A stretch of 64,000 nt of DNA from Entomortierella parvispora E1425 (lineage: Eukaryota > Fungi > Mortierellomycota): positions 1,426,001 to 1,490,000 of the forward strand of contig BQFW01000006.1 in assembly GCA_020891255.1 (NCBI GenBank). Direction: 5' to 3'. Below, piece after piece: positions 23,835-36,973 of this stretch. Every line of letters begins with the position of its first letter. The first letter of the stretch is position 1. The translations under genes and the position numbers were made by a program. The notes beneath the pieces are model-generated. The model saw only the letters and a list, made by a program, of their open reading frames with translations, was not told the DNA's origin and searched no databases.

Positions 23835-25103
23835 TCAAGACTCCCAAGAGGTCTCTACGATCTCGCGCACACGGCGAGTGTACTCCTTTCGGTTTTCACG
23901 GTACAAGTTTGCAGCCTCAGCATTGGCGGGTGAATTTGGGTTGGGATCGTGCAACAGAGATTGGATCGAGGTCAAAATCGCCGCCACATCGTACGTGGGC
24001 GACCATCGGTTCTGCAAGATATCCAGACACAGCTCTCCGTTCGCATACACGTTCGGGTGGAACATCTTGGACACAAACTTGACCGTTGGCGGCTTGTTAG
24101 GGTACGTCTCGTCAAACTGGAGCAACAACTTGAAAGTACCGTCCTCAAAGGGAGTATCACCTAATTGAATGAAGGAAAAAAAATGCATAAAAAAAGAGGG
24201 TGCGTGCATAAGCCTGGTTAGTTGTATTCTCTGACCCTTGGGTTGTAACATGTAACAACGCATGCACCTGCTGAGCAAAGATCTGTTTCTGTGTGTTCTG
24301 CTAGAGTGGGCTGGTGCTCAAAACCCCTTCGCCCTCCCCCCACCCCTTCTTCTGCTCCAAGAGCACAGCCCCACAACAACCAGAGCCGTTTTTTCTTCTT
24401 CCTTTTGAAAGGGGGTCAGTGGAAGCCCCGTCGTAATCTCACAACGCAAAACTGCAAAATATCGTGTGAGCGAAGTAAAGGCCCATCTGCGCGCTTGCGT
24501 AGTCGACTCCTCAATACTCACCCACCGACCGTACTCCAAAAAAATAAAAGGGGATGTGGGCCTCATGTCCTCTCCATGTCTCCATGTTGCAGTACGCTGG
24601 TCCAAGGAGGGAAAAAAACGATCAACTGTCACTCGACTGCGCCTGTGCGACCAGTCAGTAAAGACATGCGTCGAGTTGACACCGAGGGAGAGAGGTGTTT
24701 GGCAGTAAAATAAAGCCCATGAATCTCCACAGGGAAGAAATGTTCCTTGGTCCATGCCCCATGAATGCACAAACACGTAACGCTATAACGCTGTGTTTCG
24801 CCTGAAAACCTTTTTTTGTCCCGCCATATAAAAAAAAGTGGTGATCCCGCATGTTGATGGTCGACGGCAGAAAAGCATGACGTTCGACGGGGACGAGGTG
24901 GTCTTAATCTTCAAGGAAATCAAAGACTCTACTCAAGAAGTGGAGACCGAGATAAAAGTCCAGTGGTCCTTACCTGGTCCAAAGATAACGGCATTCCAAA
25001 GCATGATGTTGTCGGAGCAAGGAGCTCCAGAGATGCCACCTGGGGGATCACTCTGGAGGCGCTTAAAGTCCTTCATCAGACGGCGACGGGAAGGGGTTGA
25101 CAT
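23835..25103 (-). CDS. RAD6: Ubiquitin-conjugating enzyme E2 Rad6/Ubc2; exons 25103-24974 and 24160-23835
   Basis: [21 protein letters not shown]...WNAVIFGP|[12 protein letters not shown]...[26 protein letters not shown]. Intron 24161-24973 is 813 nt. Confidence 0.98.
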
Positions 25104-25413
25104 TGTGGGTAGTTTGTTAAAGGCGAGTCTGGAAAGAGAGCAACGGGGAGGGTATTTACAAAGGGAAGGGGAGGAAGGGATGAGGAGAAGGGATTGCTGG
25201 AGAAGGAAAAAGAGGGTAAGTTGAAGAAGAAGTAAAAGGAACAAACGCACGAATCCCATGCAGAAAAAAAAAAAAAAAAAAAAAAAGGCCTGCGAAAAGC
25301 CACCTGACAGGAACTCGTCTAAATTTTATTTTCTACTGGATTTGTTTTTGGATCTGGATCGAAGAAGGCTGTCCCTGTTTCTTTGGTCGCCTGCTCAGTG
25401 CGCAGCTATTGGT

Positions 25414-27241
25414 CTAGTAGTAAAGGTGGAGCACACCAAAGCCGAGATTGATCGTGAGGCCGGCAATGATGCCTATACAGGTGGGATAGAGACACACAAA
25501 TGTGGATTCCAGTTGATTAGAGAGCTGAGAACCCTAGTTTCAAAGTCAAGATGGGTACCATGAATAGTTCTTACCCATCTGCTGCCGGCGAGAAAATGTT
25601 GCCTCCTTGAACCAGAACAGAGCGACCAGGCCCATGAAAAAGCCGAGCATCAGGCCCCAAACCATCTCTCCATAGCTGCCTTCGACTAGTGTGTAAAAGG
25701 GGAGGGCATACATGATAAGGTATGATTAGTATGTTCAAAAAGTTCGCGGACACTGTCAAGAAGTCCATTTGTTTTCTTTCTTACGTCCTTCTGGTAGAGT
25801 CTCGGCTCCATGTTGATCAATCCATTCCTCTTCGATTCTTCGAGCCCTTGCAGTCGCATCTTCGTCGTCTGCAGCAATACCATTCTCGCCCACACTGGCA
25901 GCTGCTGTCCCGCGACTCGCATGGAACTGTCGCCGAATCGATCGAATTTCGTCTTCACTGAATCCAGCCTCTCTTAACCGATCAAAGCCAGTCGCTTGTG
26001 GTGCCATCACTGGTGAAAGCTCTTCGTGCCCATCGGCGGCCTCGGCTTCATCCTCTCCATCTTCTACTTCGGCGATCGCATCAGATCCACCCATGTCCGT
26101 GCCCCTATTACCTTGACCTGCTCCACGGCGAGGTAAAGTTAAGGAAGAGGAGGCCGCTGTCCCTGAGCCAGTAGTAGATGTGGGTATAGTTGACGAAGGG
26201 CGTCGCAAAGATCGAGATCCTGATGTTCTCCTGTTGTTATTGTCGCCTGTCGAGGAAGTAGGGGCAGCGACTGCCTTCCCCTTCTTTACAGCGCTCGGCG
26301 GTTGTGATGGGGCAATGTCCGAGAGAGAGCACAAAAAGTAGATAGGCCCAGTTTGGACGGGTATTTTCACAGTCGACACTCGACCAGAGGTGGGATTAGA
26401 GGTATTAAAATCGTCGGGCATGTTGATGACAACATGGTCCACGGAGGCGCTGCCATGTGTCGTATTCCCTCCCGTGGTTGATGCTGCTATAGTTGAATTC
26501 TCGGCCGAAGACGTGTGTGTCGGTAGGATGGCTCCCAGCGAAGTATGTGTGCGGATGGTAGGTGGGGCTGATTTCTCGCCGCTTGCCCTTGAAGAGATTC
26601 CTGCCAAAATGTTGTGGGCCGCGGCCTCCACGGCCTCGACTGATGATGATATCCTAGAGTGGTGTGTTTGTGGGATCTCGACCTGAGCAAAAAGCGACTT
26701 TGGTAACGAATCGATCAACGTCTTGTTGTCAAGTAATATCTTGCCAGAGTGAATTAATCGTAGATATTTCTCCCCAATGGATGGCCGTGCTTCTTTTATC
26801 TAGTTCAGTAACATGAGAGGAATGTGGTCAGCGAGCCTGCAAACGAGGTCAAGACAACGTTCAAGATACCATGCAAAAAACTACCTTCTCTTTCATTTGA
26901 GCGATGGTGTGTGTCCGTGGTACGCGCAAGCTGAGGTCCTGGCCCTCTCCAAACCTCACATTGATTTCTAGGTCATTGTCCTCGGCAACCTCGTCTTTGG
27001 GGATCTGTTCCGACCCACTATGATTGGCCTGTTTTTCAGGGGAATCCTCCTCTTCTCCTATCCGAGAGTATCCATGCCCTGCGCTTTGTCCGGTTATATT
27101 AGCCAACGTGGCCACCGCACTAGAGGTGACTCGCTGCACTGACGTCCTTGCCTGTTCTAATGGTTGAGATGGCGACAAGGAGGGCGAATGTGTAGAGTCA
27201 TCATCGCTGCCGCTCGAGTCGTTTACTCGGTCGTAGCTCAT
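25414..27241 (-). CDS. DSC3: DSC E3 ligase complex subunit Dsc3-like (UBL domain, DUF2407-type region, C-terminal TMs), multi-exon
   Basis: UBL-like EINVRFGEGQDLSLRV; GFDRLREAGFSEDEIRSIRRQF...EEEWID; C-terminal EMVWGLMLGFFMGLVALFWFKE...QQMG|IIAGLTINLGFGVLHLYY*. Confidence 0.85.
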
Positions 27242-27464
27242 TTCGCCAATTTGTTTCCTTCAGTCCTTGCGCCGCAGAGTCCTTGAGTCCTGGTTGTGGT
27301 GGTTGCGAAATGAAAGAGTGCAGGGAAGGAATGGAGAGACAGTCGACCACACAACGTGGCGACAAAATAATTTCATTTCTTTTTTTTTTGCTGGAATAAA
27401 TTTTGTCGGGGACGCGGAAAGAAAGCCATTCTTTCCATTGTTCCATCTTTCACTCTTGCATGCC

Positions 27465-28856
27465 ATGGATCCCGGTCACCATAGTCACCATTACCATCAT
27501 CACAGTCACTCATCTGCTGCAGCTGGATCTGAATCAGCCTTGCATGGTGCTTCATCCGCGCCATTAGCCTCATCAACTTCTGCATCCTTCAGCAACCAAC
27601 AAGACTCCACAGCGCACCGACGCACAAAACCTCTAGCGCCACCAACTCCACCAGCGGCTCCTGTACACTATCCACATTCCCATACCAACCCCAACCTCAC
27701 AGGCAGATCCAGTTTTATGCAATGGGATGACTCTGACTTTCCAAGTCCTATCGAAAGCACGGGGTAAAAATGAGCAATGCCGAAGACCCTATTGCACTTT
27801 AAGGAAATATGGTTTAAAAATTTTTATTCATGACATTGCGATTTTTTTTTTTTAAGGATGAAAAGAACGGCGTCGTACAGCAGTTTCCTTTCCAAAAAGT
27901 CTGGCCCCCTCTACAAGCCGACACTTCAACATGCAAGGGCATTAAGTGGACAAACACAGTATGTTATTTAGGGGCATTGGTCATTTGATCCGCACACCGC
28001 GTCTCTTGCTTCGTTTGCTGATACCCAAAGGGTTTTTCTAGACCACCGGACCTTTACTCGACACCTGCAGATGATTCTCCACCAACAACTCTTACAAAAA
28101 CGCCAACATACGAGTACTACGGATTCGTACTTTATCTAGTATCGGGGATCACCTATGGTAAACCCTATTCTTGGCTTGGACCGAGGATTCTTGGTTGTCA
28201 ACCATACACAAAAGACTAACCTTACTCTATCTAGTCATGTACTTGGGCTGGGCTTATTTGCCAAAGGAGATTCTGGATTCTATGGGAATTACCTATTATC
28301 CCAGCAAGTAAGGACCTGGTACTTCTCTTCATTATTTAGAACTCGTATCCAGGTAGCGCTCTAACATCGAGAATCGTCATTTTGTTTCATAGATATTGGT
28401 CATTAGCCCTCCCCATCTGGCTCTTTGTCCTTGTCATCTATCTTTACGTGGCCTTTTTTGCCATTAACTTGTACAACACTGAACCTTTCGATTCATTTCA
28501 GACAATCACAGGTAAATATATGATAATCCGTTGGTATCGTCTTTGGGGCCCTGAGTACTTTGAATTCTTATCCTCTTCATCTTTTTTTTTTGTCCACTCA
28601 CTTGTTCTTAGACGAGCATGCCAATCCTTTCCAGACTATGAACTCGGCCTCCTCATTGACAGATGATTTTGTGCCGGATCTGATGGATATACCCATTGGT
28701 ATGGTCAATGCCTGCCTGTACCAACATATTGAAGGCATCTCAGATGAGGAAGAGGATCCTAGAGATGATGATATGATGGAAGACGACGAATACTATGATG
28801 ATTCCTACTTTGATGACGGGAATGTGAGCGACTGGGATGACCAACTCGACATGTAA
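27465..28856 (+). CDS. GPI19: GPI-GlcNAc transferase subunit PIG-P/Gpi19 with His/Ser-rich N-terminal extension, multi-exon
   Basis: YEYYGFVLYLVS...YLGWAYLPKEILDSMGITYYPSK|YWSLALPIWL...T|DEHA...PDLMDIPIGMVNACLY is the PIG-P family signature. Confidence 0.92.
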
Positions 28857-28961
28857 AATAGCCGATTAATAATAGTCATCGTATAAAAGAGATGATTGCA
28901 CCTTGCAAAAGTGGTGTTTGGGAGTAGGATTATATTTCAATATGTAAAAGGTTGGGAGGAT

Positions 28962-30449
28962 CTACTTGAGGTTGAAACTAGTCCTGGTCAAACGCTTCGT
29001 TTTTGTGGCCTGTTTGGACTCTGCGTCCTTGAGTTTAGCAGCCCGTCCGACCAAAGAAGCAATCATTTCGTTGTACCGTTCCGAGTCCATGAGCATTTGT
29101 TCGCGTTGGTCCAGCCAGTACGTGAGTTCTTCTGAAGCCTGCCGGGTCAATTCTGAGAGCTGGGCAATAATGTCCTTCATCTCATCGCCAGAGTAACCAC
29201 CCAAGTTCTCGGGTGTAAACTGACAAAAAGCCAACGTCGCCTCCAGGTTCAATGGCTTGCGTTCCTTCACAGCTTCCGAGCCAACAATCATTGGTGATGA
29301 CACTTTGGAGTTTGGGCTCATAGATGAATTGGGTATAGAGGAGGATGTAGAAGTGATCTAAGAGTCATCAGGAGGAAAAGAGAGGGGCAAATATTAGTCA
29401 AAATGGAAGATCCCATAAAACCAATGGCCAGCAATATCCTTTTGCAAGCATTTACGTGTTCCTTGACGATGGCCAGTCCTAGGGACGCATAGTATTGTCG
29501 TCTCAGTTCCGAATTCTTCCATTGGAATTGAGGAGCAGAAGACATGTCCATCTTATTGCTGTTCCGTCCCTGGAAAGATTGTTCCGAGAGTGCCGTCCAT
29601 AAAGCCTGTTTCGAGAGCTCGGTCGAAATATCTAGGTCCTCAATATCTTCATTTAACATCTCGGGCGAGTCCATGTCCGAATCTATCGGGAAGAGTGCCT
29701 CCAGTTTCTCAAGGACATAATTCTCGACTTGACGTGAATTGACTGCAGTAAAGTCAGGAGCCGTCTAACGTGATAAAAGGTAGAGTCAAAGAAAATTACG
29801 AGTTAACGATGGCGGTGGATCTACGCAGTCTGTTTTAGCTTCTTCAATATCCTCTTTCTCTTACCTCAACAGAAACTTCCTCGATCACTGGTGAGGGTTC
29901 TGCGGGTACAGGATCGGAGGCAGCAAAGGGGTCGTCGCCCGTTGCCGTCGTCGTGTCTTCAAAGTCACCAAAGTCCCCAGACTCTTGAAAGCCATCTCCG
30001 TCGGCAAAGTCATTAAAGTCACCAAAATCGTCATCGTCCCCTCCTGCTCCGGCTGCCTGAACTTCTCCAAAATCGCCAAAGCCATCATCGTCGTCATCCT
30101 CATTTCCACCATTTGCAGTCGTGGTTGCTCCAAAGGCATCCTCGCCCGCTGATCCAAAGTCACCAAACTCATCCACGTCGTTTTCAGGGACGGTGGTCGT
30201 GCCAAAGTCACCAAAGTCGTCGTTCTCCTCCAGTGGAATCGACGAGGCTTCTGGTTTTATGCTATGATTTGGCTGCTCATCACTTTCGACTGTGGATTTC
30301 TCTGATGTATTGGGTTCCGGTGAAGGAGAAGAAGGCGTGGAGGAGGGACTTTCGAGTTTTGGAGGAGTGGTTGATTCAGGGCTGTGTTCATCAGTAAGCG
30401 TCCTGTCGTCCTGGACCTCCTGTGCCTCGTGGTCGTGCGTGTCTGACAT
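28962..30449 (-). CDS. Laa2/aftiphilin-like AP-1 accessory protein (acidic DFGDF repeats plus helical C-terminus), multi-exon
   Basis: Start MSDTHDHE. About seven [DE]FGDF-like motifs. FQWKNSELRRQYYASLG. C-terminal helix LTYWLDQREQMLMDSERYNEMIASLVGRAAKLK resembles fungal Laa2/DUF5102 proteins as recalled, not searched. Confidence 0.6.
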
Positions 30450-30721
30450 ATTCTGGTGGTTCGATGGTGTACGTGCGCTGTTGTCCAGATAGGAGGGAGT
30501 AGGTGCGCAGAAAGGAAGAGGGATGCAGATGGAAGGATGTGGTCGACAAGGAATGAGAACAAAACGTGGTTGGCGTGTGTCCATGCTGAGTAGAGAGATG
30601 AGGGCGAAAAAATAGTCACGTGCAAATCGATCGGTAAATCCTTTTTTTTTCTGACCTCTGCATGTAAATCGTCTCTCTTGCTTGCCGCCTTCCGTACAAC
30701 CGACGCAGGACCTCAACATCA

Positions 30722-31764
30722 ATGGACGGGAGCCAGGACCGCGCAGACCTCAGTCTGTATTCACGACTGTCAGAGGACATTCACAAGACTGCAGGGATCG
30801 AAGACAATGTACCGTGGGATCAGCTCTTTTTTTTTTTTCTCCATGGAACAACAAACTTTGCCATCCTTAGCTGCCTCTCTGACCGCTGGTCTTGTATCAC
30901 GTTTCCATGGATATTCCATTTCCTTTACTAGGCCCGATCTAATCTTGGAGATGCTGCAAAGCGTCAGCAAGCTCAGTCCTTTGTCCCCAAGTATGTGGGT
31001 GATGCCGTAGTCGAAGGATACGACGGTGGCAGTGTCTATGGGTCCAAAGTCAAAAACAAGGTCTTCTCACTCGACAATCCGCCCAAAGAGTCTTCTGCAG
31101 AGACAAAGGAAAAACAGAAAAAGCGTAAACGAAACAACAAATCAAAGGCACTGACTGCCAAGGAGAAACGAACCCTGGGCGTCTACGACATTCCAGTGAA
31201 CGCCCGAAAGTACACGCTCTTTCAACCTTTGCATGACCTCTGGAAGGGTTACATCGACGAACTTTATGGATCTTCGTCGCCTACAAACTTTTCACAAAAA
31301 CTTTTGAAGGCTGACTTTCATGGGGCCATCATTACAGGTATAGAGAACTTGTTGGAGAGGATGATACCATTTTGAAAGAATAACCTACCAGAAGGAGGAA
31401 AAAAAAAGGCAAACTAACAATTATTCCCCATCTTATAGTGATCCGGTCGAAATGCCCTACCTATGTGGGAGTAAGTGGAATCGTTGCTCAGGAAACAGAG
31501 AATGTTTTCAAGATCATCACTGTGAACGATGCACTTCGAGGTAAGGCAAACAAAATGGATGAAAAGAGAGATCAGGTACTTGAAATTGAGTTTACTAACT
31601 GGACGCGACTTTGTTGTTTGACTCTAGTGGTACCAAAGGTGAACAGCGTATTCACAGTTCATATCCGCAACTCGATCTTTACTATCCATGGAAACCAATT
31701 CCGCTACAGAGCATCTATGAGAAGCACAAAGAAATTCAAGTCAAGGCCGACCATTGATCTGTGA
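30722..31764 (+). CDS. POP4: RNase P/MRP protein subunit Pop4/Rpp29, multi-exon
   Basis: FQPLHDLWKGYIDEL; KLLKADFHGAIIT|VIRSKCPTYVGVSGIVAQETENVFKIIT; VVPKVNSVF; HGNQFRYRASMRSTKKFK. Confidence 0.93.
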
Positions 31765-32040
31765 TGGCATAGCTCTTGGCTCCTTTCTTTTATTCACAGA
31801 AAACACACCCGCCTCATTGTACTATATCCCATTCTTCTAACATCATTTTCATTAAAAGGCGACTCTCCATTCATACAAGAAATTTTCCACCTGTTTGTTC
31901 AAGTATTAGTAAATTTTAGTGATATATGGGATGCAAGAGATAGATGTTTTTTTGTTCTGCTTTGATCTTTTTGCTATTGTACAAGGTCTTGGAAAGATTC
32001 AAGAGTGAAAAGGGGGATACTCGCAGAACAGTGCCGTCTA

Positions 32041-34164
32041 TTAAGCTGGCACGACGGACGTTGTATAGTCCCGTCTTCGGATATAACTGTGAACAATAGA
32101 AATAAAGCTATGGTAAGTGAATTGGTCGAAAGAAAGGAGAACAAAAAGCATAACATTCGCCTGATGGTCTGAAATTGATCTTGTAACATTACCTCCGTGT
32201 AGGTGGTCGGCAAAGAACAGCCGCACAATTGGCAAAGATGCTACCTTGATCGAACGGGTTGTCCACCCGAACTGGCCTCATCATGGATGCACTCAGCTAT
32301 ATACATGTGAATAAAGATATTAGAAAATCTCAAAGAAATAAACCCTCCTTCCGAGGAATAGGTATATTTTTCCAGCATCCGGCATGGACAATGCTTCCTC
32401 ATTACCTGCTCGTGTGTCGTCCTGTTCTTAGTAGCCAACCAAAAGTGATATGTCGCAAGTGCGCCAACGGCCAATCCCATGATAAACGAAAACACCATCA
32501 CCAATCCCGCGACAGGTGCCTTCCCAAGTGCATCCTTCTGAAAAGAGGCCACGCCTCCTGGTCCAAGAGCATCTTTCTTGTCATGGTAGAGCAAGAGCAG
32601 GTGTGTGAGGCACAGCGCTGATGTATAAAGAGCGTAGATAGAGGCCGTTGTGACAAAGATCAAAAAATAACGATAGTTGCGACGCCCAATACAGTTGTTG
32701 AGCCACACACAGTGATGGTCTTCATCCTCTACAGAAACCAGAAAAAAAAAGGAGACGGGGTTAGCTAAGGAATGAACCAACTCTATCTTCATTCATCCCC
32801 CAAACCAGTCAATCAGTCTGCGGCATTGTCACTTTACCGACACAGTTGTCACATTGTCGGCAATGGCTGCACCGAGGAGGACGATAAATTTTGCAAGTGT
32901 CGCAGTATTTCAGCCGAAGAGTGTATATGCCAACTTGAATCTCTTTGACGCGAGGGAGACCACGGGGTGGGTAGAATGACGCTGAACCATTTTCCAATTC
33001 CAGGGGTGGGTCAAGGGGCGGGTCGCTGTCAATGCCACGCGGTATTACGCCTGGGTCCGTCCATGAAGTTTTCAGCATGGATGAAAATGTCACAATGAAC
33101 AAATAGGCCTGTAGAATAGGCGCAGCTGGACTGAGTCTGTGCCACAAGTATGGAGATCTAACGGGCCAGCGGGAAAAGTAGGAGTGGTAAGTATTATGTC
33201 CACCGGGACTCCAATTGCGCCCGTTTTCATAACAGGCCACCTACGAAAATCCGTGAAAGAGCCCAGTAGGAACACAGAGTAGCATGATGGCCAACAAGAA
33301 AGCTGGAAAGTCACGGCTAGTCATGATTCGTCCTCCGCAGAAAAAGATGTTTCTACCGGGGAAGATCTTGTAGTTCCGAATAGGTTTTTGTTGATGCAAG
33401 TATCCATCTTCATGGTCAGTGGCATGGCCGGTGACGCCGCTATCAGCACCTGGGTGGTGCATGTCCTGACTGTGGTTGGGTCCAGTCATTGGGATATCAT
33501 CACCCATGCCCACAGGGATACCGGCGCTTAAACTTCTTACAGCTTTGTTGGAGCGAGGCGACATGGACTCGGGTTCCCGAACTGGACTAAAATGTGCAGC
33601 GGTGGCCGAGGATATTGTCGAAGGCGGTGGCACAGGCGGTTCAGACATGAGCATCTGCTCAAAGCTCATCCCACTGTCCTCTTGCGATGACGGTTGGGCA
33701 AAGAATGATTGGAAGGAGGTAAACTGTCCAGGCCCAGAGTCGTGGATATCAGCCGGATGAGCTGGCGCCAACACAGCTCTGGACCGGTAGTCAACTGGAA
33801 GTCCTGCACCTGACCGAGGACTGATTTTGGGCGATGATTGTTGTTGCTCTTGCTGTTGTTGCTGTTTTGGCAGTTGTTGTTTTTGCAGTTGCAGATTCGT
33901 GGTGTCACAATCGAGGCCGCCGACGATATGGTGGGGTGGGCGGTGGACGGGACCCGTGGGGTCATCCGCATGGTCGGTACAGTCGGGGATAGTAGAGTGA
34001 ACCTCAGAGGGAGGTGCGACGGTGGAGGCGCCAGGAGAAGAGGGTGGTGAGAGCCGTTGAGGCCGGTCTAGGTCCATCATGTCCGGGTCTTTCTCCTTAT
34101 CCATGTGGCTCTGGTGCAGTTCCTGGCCCTGACCCCGACTGTGGGGCCAGTCGGCATTATCCAT
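32041..34164 (-). CDS. ERF2: DHHC palmitoyltransferase Erf2/ZDHHC9-like, multi-exon
   Basis: RNYKIFPGRNIFFCGGRIMTSRD; WTDPGVIPR; LKYCDTCKIYRPPRCSHCRQCDNCV|EDEDHHCVWLNNCIGRRNYRYF; NRTTHEQ; NPFDQGSIFANCAAVLCRP. Confidence 0.92.
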
Positions 34165-34800
34165 GGGGGAACAGGAGCAAGAGGAGGAGGAGAAGGAGGA
34201 AGGAGGAGGAGGAAAGAGGAGGTCGTTTTGCTTTTCTTATATGAATCTGAGACCAATAATGGAGGCGCGTCTGGCGGGGTGTGATGGACAGGGAATGATG
34301 AAGGGAATGATGAAAGGGGGAAGAGAGGAGAGGGACAGGAGAGGCTGTGGAGTGGGAGTGGAGTGGGAGTGGATGAGAATGAAATGAAGAGAAAAGAAAA
34401 TAATGAGAGCGAAGAGGGATGAATGGAAGAAGGGAAAGAGGACAAAGCGCGGATGCAGCAGATCAGCTTTTCTTTCTTTCTTTTCATTCTTCGTTGAGGT
34501 TGTCTTGGATGGGGTCGAGGGAGCGCATTCTTCCTTGACTCCTGATCACCCTTCACTTCTCACTCTCACACTCATTCTCCTTTCGATGGTGATCCGATCC
34601 CATTCCTCCATCCTTATGCAATGCAATCCCTAGGTATGTGTCCCTGCTGCGAATAGCAACCCAAAAAAAAAAAAAAAAAAAAAAAAAAGAAGTTTAAACC
34701 CATATCACGTGATCACCCGTCGCATGCATTTGTCCCTTCCTCCATCATCTTTGTCTTTCCCCTTCAGACTCTCCATTCCCTGTACATCATCATCATCGTC

Positions 34801-36296
34801 ATGAAGGCTTTCTTCCCCCGCCGCATCGTCGCATGCGCTGCTGCGCTCATTGCTCTCGTCAGGTACACAACAGGCTCTACAGGACCACAATCCGGGACAA
34901 CCGCGGATCCAGGGGGAAAGGAGGGTCAAGACCGCCCCATCCTTTCCCTTCATCTTGACACGGAGAAGCACACCTGCATCATTGCTCTGCAGGAGAAAAA
35001 CTCACCAGAAAAAAAAACATATTATCTTGCTCTCTATTTCAGTCTCGCTGCCCCCTCAGTCTCTGCCATCCCCGTTGCTGGCTTTGTTGTCGGTCATGGT
35101 GAAAGTGCTCACCCAAGAGGTAAAATAGGACGCGCGTGCCTGGAGCGATTCGATCCAAACCATGGATCCTTCCCTTATTGCTCAAAGAGATGTACTGACT
35201 CGGGAAATCTAATTATGAATAGATATTTCTCCCAGGACGCGTGTTGTTCTCAGCGGTGGCCAGTACTCGACCATGATCACCAAGGATGGACGCTTTATTT
35301 TGTAAGAGCCGATCGCTGCATCTCCGTTGGATGATTTTTGGCCGAAATTTCCTCTCCTTCTAAAACCCACTTGTTTTGGCATTGAATAGCCCCGATGTTG
35401 CTGAGGGAACATATGCACTTGAAGTCCAGAGCCCACAATACATCTACCCCAACGTAACGTGAAGACATCTCGAAATGGAACTTGGAAACAATACAGCAAC
35501 TCCCTTGACGCGGAATGGTCCTAACGTCCATCTACAATTATCCACGGATTTCGCCTCTTCATATTTCTCGGCAAATAGATGAGACTTGTTGTGAGCGACC
35601 AGCAAGCAAAGGCGTATATTGTCAGCATTGGTGCTGATTGGTCCAACAACGACAATGCCATTACATTCCCCATCACCTTGGTTCCTCGCGCTCCCGCCAT
35701 GTACTTTATCGTGAGTGTCCGCCAGCATGGATCTACTTTACTTTGATTATCTTGTCCAACGTGAAACAAGTCATTGTGGAGGTGTTGGTCTTTATCTCTG
35801 ACAGCATGTTCTCTGCTCTATTTGATTTGATATATAGCCCCGCGAAGGATTCCAGATCAAGCACCTCTTCGCCAACCCTATGATGCTCATGATGGGCTTC
35901 AGTGTTATCATGGTAAAAAGAAGACATCAACTCGGGCGAATCTCTGAAGGCTGGATTTTGTCCCTCATTCATGGTTACCACTAACACGACTGTTGAATAC
36001 CTCCACTTGTGAAATAGCTGTTCGTCATGCCCAAGTTGATGGCAAACATGGGTAGGTCTTCTGGACCATGTTCACTTTTCTTCTCCAACCATACCTTTGA
36101 GCCTAACATAGTTATTTTTGAACAACCCCTGCCTTTTTTAGATCCCGAGGCTATGCAAGAGATGCAAGGAATGCAAGAGGCAGCACAGATGCCCGCCTTC
36201 GAGATGCCCGATATCTCTGCATCGTTGGCCAAATTCTCAACTGGAGGCAGCAGCAGTGCACAGCCCGCAGCAGGATCGGCAAAGAAGAGGCATTAG
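34801..36296 (+). CDS. EMC7: ER membrane protein complex subunit 7, multi-exon
   Basis: Signal peptide; ITKDGRFIF|PDVAEGTYALEVQSPQYIYP; PREGFQIKHLFANPMMLMMG; FVMPKLMANM|DPEAMQEM. Confidence 0.88.
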
Positions 36297-36612
36297 GAAT
36301 TGACAGAAGGAACCCTATAGACTTTTCCTCAAGGAAGGATCGTTGCTTCCACGGGTTGGACGCTTCGTTGATAATGAATAAAAACAACCGAAATCAACAG
36401 AAAAACGACCAAACACAGGAGTCTGGATACCATTTCAGCATTTTTTTTATTTTATAATTTTAAGCCTTGAGAGGCAAGTGCCTACAATGGGCCCACAACA
36501 GCTTTTTGTTTCCTTACACCCCACCCTCTCCACGCGATTGAATCAAATGCTCTTCAATCCTTGATGCTTTCAATAAGCACTAGCCGCTCTACCCTGAAGC
36601 AGGGTAGTCTGT

Positions 36613-36942
36613 TCACGTCCGATGAGGTCGGACCAGGCGAGTGGTGACATCGGGTGGCTGAACCTCAAAGCTCTTGCCCTGGAGAGCATGTCGTTCATCA
36701 CGGCACTTAAAGACTTTGGTCGGCTCCATCACAGCCCCAAGGGCTCTTCGCAAACCACGATCCATGTAACCAAGGCCCACCTGGTAACTGGCATTCATCC
36801 ATCCGAATCCTTCCCGGGGGACAAACTTGAAGTCTATGCCCACATTTCCGTACTCGACTTGGACTCGGTGCGTCATGTTGACAATATCAAACTTTTCTGG
36901 CACCACTCCGTTAAAGTCGACAAATGATTTTGTAATCCTATT

Positions 36943-36973
<31 letters not shown>

